Of a stretch of 64,000 bases of DNA, positions 30,251 through 39,300 are shown in pieces. The notes beneath the pieces were generated by a model. That model saw only the letters and a program-made list of their open reading frames with translations, had not been told where the DNA came from and ran no database searches. Position 1 is the stretch's first letter. Every line of letters begins with the position of its first letter. The translations under genes were made by a program, and so were the position numbers. Origin of the DNA: Clostridiales bacterium (GTDB lineage Bacteria > Bacillota > Clostridia > Christensenellales > Aristaeellaceae). Location of the stretch: positions 1,051-65,050 of the forward strand of contig SVGN01000010.1 of assembly GCA_015056315.1 (NCBI GenBank). The letters are read 5' to 3'.

Positions 30251-32335
30251 ATGAAGCGTACTGTATCTTTGCTGATGGCACTGGCCCTGATCGTGACCAT
30301 GCTGTTCAGCACCGCTATGGCCGAAACGGCTGAGCTGACCTACGCCGAGGGCACCGTGCTGCGCATGGCCACCGGCTACAACAGTGCCAAGACCGGTCTG
30401 TTCTTCGACGCCGAAGTGGCGGGCGAAGGCGTTACCCTGGCCGACGGCATCACCTACCACACCGGCGACCTGAAGCCCACCTGGGTTGAGGTCCAGAACG
30501 ATCTGAAGGTCGTTTTCGAGAACCTGTACCAGGGCAACAGCGCTACCAAGGAATTCGACTTCTGGAAGGAACGCCTCAACGAAGTTGATATGGTCAGCGG
30601 CACCGCCTCCAAGCTCACCGAGTACGGCGAAGCCGGCAGCATCGTGAACATTGCCGAGTATCTGGACATGATGCCCAACTTCAAGGCCTACCTGGAAGCG
30701 AACCCCATCGTTCGTCTGTCCATTACCGGTAACACCTCTACCGGCGCTATCTACTTCTCCCCCTACTTCGATGGCGTTAACGACATCGAGCGTATGCCCC
30801 TGATGCGTGTTGACTGGGTGCAGAAGCTGCTGGACGGCGAAGGCGAATTCACTGCCGAGGCTTCCAACAAGCTGGCTGCTGCTGTGTACCAGCCCTACAT
30901 GCCCACCACCGGCACCGTGGAAGTGGACGTTGTGACCCTGGACGGCACCGCCGTTGAGAAGGTTACCAAGAACTACGACGCCGCCGGCAACATCGTGGCC
31001 ACCATGAACGCTGCCGCCGACCTGGATGGCGTTGCCGCCGTCAACATGCTCCGTACCTACATCGACACCGCCTACAACGGCTACTACGGCACCGAGCGCT
31101 CCAACCTGTTCATCGGCCAGAACGCTGCCTGGGATGCCGACGAAATGGTAGCTCTGCTCCGCTGCGTGGTCGCTAACCCCCAGACCCTCAACGGCACCGA
31201 TTCCGTGCAGGGCCTGTTCAGCCGCGAAGACAACAACAACCAGCGCCGCGTTGACATGAAGCGCTTTGCCGGTGTTCTCTTCGGCGTGCGTGGTCTGGAA
31301 TCCCGTCAGGATTCTCTGTGGATCGACTCCGAAGGCAAGCTCCGCGATGCCCGTATGGAAGCCGATTCCTACATCGCCATGGAGCGCCTGAACGCCATGG
31401 CTCAGGAAGGCCTCATTTCCAAGGCTTTCCTGGAGACCGCTGAGGAATCCACCAAGACCTACCTGGAGAACGACCTGGGCTTCATGCACTACGACTACAA
31501 CCAGACCCAGACCGTGTACAACCAGACTGCTCTGCAGGAAGGCGAGAAGTACATGGCCGTGATGGTTCCCGTTGCCCGCTGGTTCGACGGCACCTCCGAG
31601 GATGGCGTGTTCATGCGCTTTACCGAGAGCTGGCGCTCCGTTAAGGTTGACGGCTGGGGCATCTCCGTTGCCGGCGTTGAAGGCAACCAGGATAAGCTCT
31701 ACGCTGCCCTGAAGCTGATCGACTACGCTTACAGCCCCGAAGGCATGATCCTGATGAGCTACGGCCCCGATGCCTTCATCAAGACCAACGACGACGGTTC
31801 CTACGTCACCTTCAACTTCAACGGTCAGGAAATGCCCGTTATCGCCGATGCCACCTTCGAAGAGCTGTGGGCCAAGGCCTCCGGCAACTACACCAACTAC
31901 GCCCGTCAGTTCCTGGGCTCCACTCTGAGCTTTGCCAAGAGCCAGGCTTTTGAGTACCAGTGCACTCACGCCGTTGGTAAGGAAGGCGCCGGCAAGATCT
32001 CCGTTGCTATCGGCCTGGGCACCATCAAGCACCCCGAGCTGGCTGTGACCGAGAACCCCTGGTACACCTCCGTGCCCACCGTTCTCCCCAACACCACCGT
32101 TGAGAACAACATGATCAACGAGTTTGCTGATCTGTCCACCAAGTACAACGAGGGCAAGGGCGGCCAGAACCTGTTCATCGACCAGATCGTGAACGGCTAC
32201 GCTGTGGAAGGCATGTCCAGTGCCGACGAGTCCGCTGCCACCGTTAAGGACACCATGGGCGGCACCCAGTACCTGGCCCTCAAGCAGCGCGCTTGGGATC
32301 GTCTCACCGAGTACTACGCCAACCTGACCAAGTAA
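30251..32335 (+). CDS. Extracellular solute-binding protein, unusually large (694 aa, LplA-like family 1 SBP)
   Basis: Signal peptide MKRTVSLLMALALIVTMLFSTAMA, an SBP-like body and operon context. Confidence 0.75.
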   Translation: MKRTVSLLMALALIVTMLFSTAMAETAELTYAEGTVLRMATGYNSAKTGLFFDAEVAGEGVTLADGITYHTGDLKPTWVEVQNDLKVVFENLYQGNSATKEFDFWKERLNEVDMVSGTASKLTEYGEAGSIVNIAEYLDMMPNFKAYLEANPIVRLSITGNTSTGAIYFSPYFDGVNDIERMPLMRVDWVQKLLDGEGEFTAEASNKLAAAVYQPYMPTTGTVEVDVVTLDGTAVEKVTKNYDAAGNIVATMNAAADLDGVAAVNMLRTYIDTAYNGYYGTERSNLFIGQNAAWDADEMVALLRCVVANPQTLNGTDSVQGLFSREDNNNQRRVDMKRFAGVLFGVRGLESRQDSLWIDSEGKLRDARMEADSYIAMERLNAMAQEGLISKAFLETAEESTKTYLENDLGFMHYDYNQTQTVYNQTALQEGEKYMAVMVPVARWFDGTSEDGVFMRFTESWRSVKVDGWGISVAGVEGNQDKLYAALKLIDYAYSPEGMILMSYGPDAFIKTNDDGSYVTFNFNGQEMPVIADATFEELWAKASGNYTNYARQFLGSTLSFAKSQAFEYQCTHAVGKEGAGKISVAIGLGTIKHPELAVTENPWYTSVPTVLPNTTVENNMINEFADLSTKYNEGKGGQNLFIDQIVNGYAVEGMSSADESAATVKDTMGGTQYLALKQRAWDRLTEYYANLTK

Positions 32336-32344
32336 GACTACTTA

Positions 32345-32374
32345 CCTTGGCGGGAGCTTCGGCTCCCGCCAAGG
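32345..32374 (+). other. Perfect 13-bp stem-loop after the SBP gene (partial terminator/RNA-stabilising hairpin)
   Basis: ccttggcgggagc-ttcg-gctcccgccaagg with no strong T-run. A second imperfect GC-rich hairpin follows. Confidence 0.55.
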
Positions 32375-32498
32375 GTTTCCGTCAGTCCCCCTCTCCCCCG
32401 GGGGGCGGGAGATTGACGGAAGCCTGAATGTTTTTCCCGAACCAAGGCTGAAACGAAATTCCTTGCAAACGAATGCAATGTGTTAATGGGAGGCCGTT

Positions 32499-33086
32499 AT
32501 GTACCGGAAACAGTTGACCTGGCAGAAAATTCTCTGCTTTGCCGCCATCGCGGTAAGCGCGATCGTCTTCCTCTATGCCCTTGGGCTGATGACCGACCTG
32601 TACGACAGCCTCTACTACACCATGATGGATCCCAGCAACCCGGATGATACCTGGGTGCCCGGCTCCCAGATCTACTACCACATGCAGCCCTACAACAAGC
32701 AGCTGCTCACCGCCTCTATCGTACTGATCCTGCTGAGCTGCTCGCTGTTCCTGACCAGCACCCACAGCCGCCGCCGCTACTATGTGGGCAACATCCTCAC
32801 CTCTGTGGCTTGGACCGGTGCCGGTGTGTACTACAGCATCTGGGCTCACGGCCAGAGCGAAGCCTTCAAGGCCGAGTTCCTCAAGATCAGCTTTGCAGAT
32901 CTCGAGTTCTTTTCCGAAATGATGGACACCCCCTACATCGACTCCACCTTCTGGTTCGATGCCCACTATGTGGTGTTTGCCCTTGTGCTGCTGGTCGGCG
33001 TATTGCTGATCGCCAATCTGTGCTGGAAGTTCTCCCTGATGAGCGCCGAAAAGCGCCTGATCGAAGAAGGAAAGAAGGTGGCCTGA
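32499..33086 (+). CDS. Uncharacterised membrane protein (about 4 TM)
   Basis: 195 aa, RBS GGGAGG, with the stop overlapping the next start (TGATG). Confidence 0.6.
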   Translation: MYRKQLTWQKILCFAAIAVSAIVFLYALGLMTDLYDSLYYTMMDPSNPDDTWVPGSQIYYHMQPYNKQLLTASIVLILLSCSLFLTSTHSRRRYYVGNILTSVAWTGAGVYYSIWAHGQSEAFKAEFLKISFADLEFFSEMMDTPYIDSTFWFDAHYVVFALVLLVGVLLIANLCWKFSLMSAEKRLIEEGKKVA

Positions 33087-33592
33087 TGAGCACGTTGATG
33101 TCTCCCGCCGAGCAGAAGCAGATCCAGCTGGATCGTATGCGCTACACCAAGAACACCCTTTCCTCCCGGCTTACGCTGCTGGCGATCGTTTTTGATGTGC
33201 TTTACTTCGTAAGCATCTACTCCACCGACGTCGGCTCCTGGTACTACTCCATTCTGATCGGTGCCTCCATCGTGTACAATCTGGTCTTTATGCTGATGGC
33301 CTTCCTTTCTTCCGAGGGCGTAAAGAGCTACCACATCGGCTATGCATGGCTGCTGCTGGTGCTGGGCGTTGGCCAGATCGTGCGCATCTTCATTCTGCCG
33401 ATGCAGGCATTCAAAGCCACCGTTACCATCAGCAAGGTCACCTACCCTGTGATGCAGATGCCTCAGTTCACCTATGTGGTCGTCATGCTCATTCTGTCTG
33501 CGATCTGCTGCCTCATCGCCGGTCTGGCCGGTATCAAACGGAGCCGCACGCTGGAAGCCTATAAGGCTTCCCTCAGCGAAAAGGCCGCGTAA
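33086..33592 (+). CDS. Uncharacterised membrane protein (about 4 TM)
   Basis: 168 aa starting MSTLMSPAEQKQ. Translationally coupled to the previous gene and 12 nt before the ATPase gene. Confidence 0.55.
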   Translation: MSTLMSPAEQKQIQLDRMRYTKNTLSSRLTLLAIVFDVLYFVSIYSTDVGSWYYSILIGASIVYNLVFMLMAFLSSEGVKSYHIGYAWLLLVLGVGQIVRIFILPMQAFKATVTISKVTYPVMQMPQFTYVVVMLILSAICCLIAGLAGIKRSRTLEAYKASLSEKAA

Positions 33593-33604
33593 AGGAGATG
33601 CCCC

Positions 33605-34669
33605 ATGGCAAACATCAGCTTACAGCATCTGGATAAGATCTACGACAACAACGTACAGGCTGTGTACGACTTTAATCTGGAAGTAAAAGACGGCGAGTTC
33701 ATCGTGCTGGTCGGCCCCTCCGGCTGCGGCAAGAGCACCACCCTGCGCATGATCGCCGGTCTGGAGGATATCTCCGGCGGCAAGCTGCTGCTGGATGGGC
33801 AGGACATTACCACCGCCCCCGCCAAAGACCGCGATATGGCCATGGTTTTCCAGAACTACGCCCTCTACGCCCACATGACCGTGTACGAGAACATGGCCTT
33901 CTCCCTTACCCTGCGTAAGGAAGACCCCAATGTGATCCACAAAAAGGTACTGGCCGCAGCGGAGATCCTGGGCCTGACCGACCAGCTGAACAAGAAGCCC
34001 AAGCAGCTTTCCGGCGGCCAGCGCCAGCGCGTAGCCATGGGCCGTGCCATCGTGCGCAGCCCCAAGGTGTTCCTGTTCGACGAGCCGCTCTCCAACCTGG
34101 ATGCCAAGCTGCGCGGCGCTACCCGTCGCGAGATCCTGCTGCTGCACAAGCGGATGAACGCCACCATGCTCTACGTGACCCACGACCAGACCGAGGCCCT
34201 CACCCTGGCCGATCGCATCGTGTGCATGAGCATGGGCCATGTGCAGCAGATCGGCACCCCGCTGGAGCTGTACGACACCCCCGCCAACCTGTTCGTGGCC
34301 AGCTTCATCGGCCTGCCGCCCATGAACTTCTTCGATGTAGAGGTGCAGGGAGACAAGCTGGTAAGCCCCTACTTTACCGTTACCGCTACCGCCGAAGAGC
34401 AGCAGCTGCTCGCCGGCTACCAGGGCAAGACCATCGTGCTGGGCGTGCGCCCCGAGAATATCGAAGTGGGCAACGATGTAGCGGTGAAGGTCTTCTCCAA
34501 CGAGAACCTGGGCATGAACACCCTGGTGCACGGTTATCTGGGCGGCGATGCACAGACCATCACCTGCAAGCTGCGCGGCTGGTGCGATTACAAGCGCGGC
34601 GACGAAGTGAACGTCTCCTTCGTAAAGCGCCACTTCTTCGATAAGGAAACCACCAACGCGATCCGCTGA
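33605..34669 (+). CDS. Sugar ABC transporter ATP-binding protein (MsmK/MalK/UgpC-type), copy 1
   Basis: Walker A GPSGCGKST, LSGGQRQRVAMGRA, LFDEPLSNLD, and a C-terminal TOBE-like regulatory domain. Confidence 0.9.
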   Translation: MANISLQHLDKIYDNNVQAVYDFNLEVKDGEFIVLVGPSGCGKSTTLRMIAGLEDISGGKLLLDGQDITTAPAKDRDMAMVFQNYALYAHMTVYENMAFSLTLRKEDPNVIHKKVLAAAEILGLTDQLNKKPKQLSGGQRQRVAMGRAIVRSPKVFLFDEPLSNLDAKLRGATRREILLLHKRMNATMLYVTHDQTEALTLADRIVCMSMGHVQQIGTPLELYDTPANLFVASFIGLPPMNFFDVEVQGDKLVSPYFTVTATAEEQQLLAGYQGKTIVLGVRPENIEVGNDVAVKVFSNENLGMNTLVHGYLGGDAQTITCKLRGWCDYKRGDEVNVSFVKRHFFDKETTNAIR

Positions 34670-34683
34670 AAGGAGGCTGGAGC

Positions 34684-35247
34684 ATGAGCAAGAAGAACAA
34701 CCGCGGGCTGAAGGAAGCCCTGCGCAAGACCATCGTATCCCTCAAGCGCAAGCCCCAGACCATCCCCATGCTGGTGCTGGCGGTGGCTTTCGTTTACTAC
34801 TCCCTGAACCTGACCCACGTTTCCGATACCACGGCCAAGATCCAGTCCCAGGGCATGGGCCTGAGCGGCTTCTGCACCATGCTGTTCAGCATGCTTTCCT
34901 TCGTCTGCTTTATGAATGCCTACCCCCACCGCAAGAAGACCAACATCCCTATGCTGGTGCTCATGTTCGTCATGCTCATCGGCCTCATCTTCTGCGATAG
35001 CTACTACATGGGCTGCATCTCCCGCGCCATGACCCGCGCTGACCACCCCATCGTAGTGGATCAGAACACCATCTACATCCAACAGGCCTTTGATATGCTG
35101 GGCGTACACCGCATCATTCTGATCGTGGGCTTCGTGCTCACCCTGCTGGTGCCCGTGCTGCGCAAGCTGCTCAAGAAGATCGATACCTCCCTGCCGGTGG
35201 AGGAAGGCAGCGAGATGGTCTCTCTACACCTTTCCCAAGAGGATTGA
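34684..35247 (+). CDS. Uncharacterised membrane protein (about 4 TM)
   Basis: 187 aa with a basic N-terminus. 14 nt after the ATPase gene. Confidence 0.55.
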   Translation: MSKKNNRGLKEALRKTIVSLKRKPQTIPMLVLAVAFVYYSLNLTHVSDTTAKIQSQGMGLSGFCTMLFSMLSFVCFMNAYPHRKKTNIPMLVLMFVMLIGLIFCDSYYMGCISRAMTRADHPIVVDQNTIYIQQAFDMLGVHRIILIVGFVLTLLVPVLRKLLKKIDTSLPVEEGSEMVSLHLSQED

Positions 35248-35250
35248 TCC

Positions 35251-35889
35251 ATGAAAAAGTCCCCTGTACAGCCCTCGGCTGAACAGCCCCCCAAGGCGGA
35301 AGCCACCCCCTACTACCAGCTGCACACACAGGCGGTGGAAGATCTGGTAACCGCCAGCACCGAAAACACCCCCAAGTACTCCAAAGAAGAGCTGGACAAA
35401 TACCGTTCCGGCAAGACCAGCAAATTCCGCCTGCCAGAGTGGCTCAAGGTGGTGCTGATCAAGTTCTGGTTCTACGGAGCCATCTGCTTCTTCGTGTTCT
35501 GGGGGCTTGGGCTGTATGTGGCCGACCAGCTGGATCTCTACTTTGTGGCAGCCATCATCATGGGCATGGTGACCGATCTGCTCATCAAGCACTTTCTGCG
35601 CTTTACCGAGAAGCTACCCGGCGGCAGCGCCCGCTGGATGATGGTGACCAAAGACGGTGCCACTGGTTTTTTCCTCAACCTGCTGTATGCCTTCCCCATC
35701 CTGTTTGTGGTGGTTACCCTCTACAGCCTCATCAACATGGGGCTGGCAACGGTAAGCACCGGCAGCGAGCCCCTGTTCCTTGGCGTGGAGCCGCTGCTGT
35801 TCGGCCTCTTTGCCACCGGTACGGATCATTTCTTCCTGTTCTGCAAGCAAACGATCGGGAAGATCTTCCGGGAGGCCAAGGCAAGATAA
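35251..35889 (+). CDS. Uncharacterised membrane protein with a soluble N-terminal segment of about 55 aa
   Basis: 212 aa. 3 nt after the previous gene. WLKVVLIKFWFYGAICFFVFWGLGLYV begins the TM region. Confidence 0.55.
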   Translation: MKKSPVQPSAEQPPKAEATPYYQLHTQAVEDLVTASTENTPKYSKEELDKYRSGKTSKFRLPEWLKVVLIKFWFYGAICFFVFWGLGLYVADQLDLYFVAAIIMGMVTDLLIKHFLRFTEKLPGGSARWMMVTKDGATGFFLNLLYAFPILFVVVTLYSLINMGLATVSTGSEPLFLGVEPLLFGLFATGTDHFFLFCKQTIGKIFREAKAR

Positions 35890-35930
35890 ACAAAAGCCGC
35901 CCGGCTTGACCGGACGGCGGGGATGCGCGC

Positions 35931-36698
35931 TTAGTTTTCCTGCTGGCCCTGCCTTTCGGCCAGGCGCTGGCGGTAGTACTCCTTGGGCGATACGTTATAC
36001 TTCTTCTTGAACATGCGGGAGAAATACAGCGGATCGCGGAAGCCGCACAAATGGGCAATATCGGTGATGCTGCCCTCGTTATGCCCGGAGGAGAGCATTT
36101 CGGCGGCGGTCTGCATGCGGATGTTGGCAAGGTAACGGTTGGGCGTCATGCCTACCTCCTTGCGGAACAGCTTGCACAGATAGTCGTAGGAGTAAGGCAT
36201 GCCGCGCAGAAGCTCATCCAGCTCGTAATTGGCGTTGGCATAGTTCTGCACGATGCTCTGCTCGATATCCTCCACGATACGGTTCTGAGGGTGCACCGCC
36301 GACTGGTAAGCGGTCATGTACCGCACGATCAGGTTGCCGTAGGCAGAGAGCAGCATATCCTTCCGCTCCGGGTCGCCGCAGTAGATGAAGTAGGCATCGG
36401 AGAACAGGTGAAGGATGGACTGGTTGGCATCATCCCGGATGAGCGTAGGCGTGCGGAACGCCAGCGTGGCATCATCCACATGGAGATGGATGTTGGTAAA
36501 CCCGCTCTCGCTGATGTTCTCGTGCGGCGTATCCGGCGGGATGACCACGATATCGCCCTCGCTGTAGCCCAGCTCCTGATCCTTGAACAGGAAGCGGCCG
36601 TTATCGCTGGTGCAGTAGACCAGCTCCCACCCCTTATGCTGATGCCGGTTGACCACATAGGTCAAAAAATGCTTACCGGCAAAGATGATATCATTCAT
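35931..36698 (-). CDS. AraC family transcriptional regulator (cupin sensor + HTH_18)
   Basis: MNDIIFAGKHF... cupin-like N-terminus and a C-terminal AraC HTH (ITDIAHLCGFRDPLYFSRMFKKKYNVSPKEY). The listed 1128-aa ORF is this gene plus an antisense extension. Confidence 0.85.
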   Translation of the reverse strand: MNDIIFAGKHFLTYVVNRHQHKGWELVYCTSDNGRFLFKDQELGYSEGDIVVIPPDTPHENISESGFTNIHLHVDDATLAFRTPTLIRDDANQSILHLFSDAYFIYCGDPERKDMLLSAYGNLIVRYMTAYQSAVHPQNRIVEDIEQSIVQNYANANYELDELLRGMPYSYDYLCKLFRKEVGMTPNRYLANIRMQTAAEMLSSGHNEGSITDIAHLCGFRDPLYFSRMFKKKYNVSPKEYYRQRLAERQGQQEN

Positions 36699-36812
36699 CG
36701 CTCTGCCCCCTCTGAATGGTTCCAACCTCATTGTACCAAACAATGTCGGTTTTGTCCATGCCCAACGTTTCAATGTCCATATCCCCGAATTCAAGCAAAG
36801 GAGCGTACTTAC

Positions 36813-37889
36813 ATGGCTTATCTCACGCTCAAAAACATCAACAAGATCTACCCCAATGGTTTCCACGCTGTGCACGACTTTAACCTGGAGGCGGAGAAGG
36901 GCGAGTTCATCGTCTTTGTTGGCCCCTCCGGCTGCGGCAAATCCACCACGCTGCGCATGATCGCCGGTCTGGAGGATATCAGCAAGGGCGAGTTCCTCAT
37001 CAACGGCGAGCTTGCCAACCAGTGGGGCCCCCGCGAGCGGGAGGTGGCGATGGTTTTCCAGAGCTACGCCCTCTACCCCCACATGACCGTGTACGATAAC
37101 CTGGCCTTCGGCCTCAGCCTGCAGGGCGTGGATGAGGACATCATCGACGAGCGCGTCAAGAAGACCGCTGCCATCCTGGGCCTGACCGATTACCTGGATC
37201 GTATGCCCCGTGCCCTCTCCGGCGGTCAGCGGCAGCGCGTGGCGGTGGGACGCTCCATCATCCGTAAGGTGGGCGTGTTCCTGATGGACGAGCCTCTCTC
37301 CAACCTGGATGCCAAGCAGCGCGTTACCATGCGCTCGGAGATCACCCAGATCCACAACGAGACCGGTGCCACCACCATCTACGTTACCCACGACCAGACC
37401 GAGGCCATGACCATGGCCGACCGCATCGTGGTCATGAAGGATGGCTATGTGCAGCAGATCGGCACCCCCAAGGATGTGTACTTTGAGCCGGTGAATATGT
37501 TCGTTGCGGGCTTCATCGGTGAGCCGCCCATGAACTTTGTGCGCCGCACCGTGGAGAACGGCTGCATCACCGTTGGCGGCCACAGCATCGACCTTGCCCC
37601 CAAGCTGGGCGACAAGGCTGCCCAGTACGAGGGCAAGCCCATCGTGTTCGGCTTCCGCCCCGAGGCCATCGTGCTGGGCGAGGTTGACGGTGCCTGCCAC
37701 ATCACCGGCCAGGTGGAGCTGACCGAGATGCTGGGCGACAACGCCAACGTGTATATGAACATCGACGAGGATCACTCCATCCTGAAGGTGACCCCCTTCG
37801 AGATCCCCGAAATGGACAGCGAGGTTACCTTCTCCGTGCCCTACGAGAGCGTGTATCTCTTTGATGCAGAGACCGAAAAGGTGATCTGA
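36813..37889 (+). CDS. Sugar ABC transporter ATP-binding protein (MsmK/MalK-type), copy 2
   Basis: MAYLTLKNINKIYPNG..., GPSGCGKST, LSGGQRQRVAVGRS, LMDEPLSNLD. RBS AAAGGAG. Confidence 0.9.
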   Translation: MAYLTLKNINKIYPNGFHAVHDFNLEAEKGEFIVFVGPSGCGKSTTLRMIAGLEDISKGEFLINGELANQWGPREREVAMVFQSYALYPHMTVYDNLAFGLSLQGVDEDIIDERVKKTAAILGLTDYLDRMPRALSGGQRQRVAVGRSIIRKVGVFLMDEPLSNLDAKQRVTMRSEITQIHNETGATTIYVTHDQTEAMTMADRIVVMKDGYVQQIGTPKDVYFEPVNMFVAGFIGEPPMNFVRRTVENGCITVGGHSIDLAPKLGDKAAQYEGKPIVFGFRPEAIVLGEVDGACHITGQVELTEMLGDNANVYMNIDEDHSILKVTPFEIPEMDSEVTFSVPYESVYLFDAETEKVI

Positions 37890-37908
37890 GCATAAACGAA
37901 TAGCCCCT

Positions 37909-37941
37909 GAAGCGCCTGCCGTACAAAACGGCAGGCGCTTC
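37909..37941 (+). other. Terminator-type hairpin, first copy (no T-run)
   Basis: gaagcgcctgccgtacaaaacggcaggcgcttc. All but its first base recurs at 38102-38133. Confidence 0.6.
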
Positions 37942-37977
37942 AGACTGCTGAAAAAACCATGCTTTTCGATCAAAGCC

Positions 37978-38085
37978 GCACATCTTGCACCTTCGGTGCT
38001 CGCTGTGCTTACAGAAAAACGCTGCGGCGCAAGGTTTGTGGGCTCTGCCCACACCCGGCAGGGGGATGATCCCCCTGCACCCCGC
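37978..38085. repeat. GC-rich intergenic repeat, copy in reverse orientation relative to the 52970-53056 copy
   Basis: The reverse complement reads ggggtgcagggggatcatccccctgccgggtgtgggcagagcccacaaaccttgcgccgcag..., near-identical over about 45 nt to the 52.97 kb copy and clearly related to 9191-9253. Confidence 0.8.
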
Positions 38086-38101
38086 ACTTTGTCGACAATC
38101 T

Positions 38102-38133
38102 GAGCGCCTGCCGTACAAAACGGCAGGCGCTTC
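38102..38133 (+). terminator. Intrinsic terminator (second copy of the hairpin, with a T-rich tail)
   Basis: gagcgcctgccgtacaaaacggcaggcgcttc followed by GTTTTCTCTCTT. Confidence 0.65.
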
Positions 38134-38318
38134 GTTTTCTCTCTTGAGGCAGGCCAGCCACGCAGCTGCGCCCACTCCCCCGCATTCTTTTTTCCAAACC
38201 CGGAAGGACATTCCACCCCCGCACAGAATACTATGGCTGAAGCCGGAGAACGGTCGCATGCCACCGGCTGCCAAACAAATGATCGTGCGGTGATACCGCA
38301 GGAAAGGAACACGATCCT

Positions 38319-39278
38319 ATGTTCATCAAAGGCTTTACCTACGGCTGGGACGGTCGCAGAGGCGCTTACCGTACCCCCGAAGCCGCCGCCTCCATGGAGC
38401 GGCTGGCAGCCCTGGGCGGCGATTGGGCCGCCATCGCATTTTCTGTGGTGCAGGACAGCTACAACGCCACCCTGATCCGGCCCGATTACCGCTATACCGT
38501 TACCGATAAGGATCTCGTCACCGCTGCAGACAAGCTGCACGCCCTGGGCCTGAAGGTATGCATGAAGCCCGTGGTCAACTGTGCCGACGGCCTGTGGCGC
38601 GCCCGCATCACCTTCCCGGATGATGCCTATGCCCGCCGGGATTACTGGAAGGAATGGTTCGACTCCTACACCGCCTTCCTGTGCCACTATGCGGAGATCG
38701 CCGAGGAGACCGGCTGCGAGATGTTCTGCGTGGGCTGCGAGATGCTGGGCACCGAGCACAAGGAGGAGCACTGGCGCAACGCCATCGCTGCCGTGCGGCA
38801 GGTATACCACGGCCCCATCGTTTACAATACCAACCACGGCAGCGAATCCACCGTCAAGTGGTGGGATGCGGTGGATCTGATCGGCACCTCCGCCTACTAC
38901 AAGGTGGCCCAGCAGCCCGGCGAGACCATGGAGAACATGAAGGCCGCCTGGGATGCCCGCCGTGAGCAGCTCCGGGAGCTTTCCCAAAAGAACGGCGGCA
39001 AGCAGATCCTCTTTATGGAGGTGGGCTGCCGCAGCGCAAAGGGCTGCGCCATGATGCCCTACGATTTCTCTCACCGGGAATTCCCCTACGACGAGGATGA
39101 GCAGGCCAACTTCTACGAATCCTGCTTCCGCTCCATGTGGGAGGAGGAATGGTTCGCCGGTTGGTTCTGGTGGGATTGGTACACCAAGCTGCCCCAGCGG
39201 GAGCCGGAGATGGGTTTCTCCATCGTAGGCAAGAAGGCCGAGGGCATCGTAAAGGAATGGTACGCCAAAACGCGCTGA
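38319..39278 (+). CDS. Clan GH-A (TIM-barrel) glycoside hydrolase, GH113-like, no signal peptide
   Basis: 319 aa. MFIKGFTYGWDG N-terminus. Candidate acid/base in VGCEMLG and nucleophile in LFMEVGC. Trp-rich C-terminus (WFAGWFWWDWY). Family assignment is from memory of GH113-type proteins and is not verified. Confidence 0.55.
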   Translation: MFIKGFTYGWDGRRGAYRTPEAAASMERLAALGGDWAAIAFSVVQDSYNATLIRPDYRYTVTDKDLVTAADKLHALGLKVCMKPVVNCADGLWRARITFPDDAYARRDYWKEWFDSYTAFLCHYAEIAEETGCEMFCVGCEMLGTEHKEEHWRNAIAAVRQVYHGPIVYNTNHGSESTVKWWDAVDLIGTSAYYKVAQQPGETMENMKAAWDARREQLRELSQKNGGKQILFMEVGCRSAKGCAMMPYDFSHREFPYDEDEQANFYESCFRSMWEEEWFAGWFWWDWYTKLPQREPEMGFSIVGKKAEGIVKEWYAKTR

Positions 39279-39300
39279 GAAAGCAGAAAGGAGCCCGCCC

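Noticed and set aside
28172-32032. 1286-aa minus-strand ORF covering the sugar ABC permease and SBP genes
   Set aside because: It is antisense to three genes with clear ABC permease and SBP motifs and tight operon structure, and its translation is low-complexity (G/A/V/H-rich). The same reasoning was applied to 3750-5483, 13546-15231, 17052-18257, 20410-21525, 21464-22804, 22413-23723, 23560-25173, 33620-34633, 36051-36812 (in-frame 5' extension of 36813-37889), 39436-40722, 40589-41830, 43264-44757, 44495-46183, 46646-47905, 49633-51480, 55820-57073, 58914-60989 and 60996-63614.
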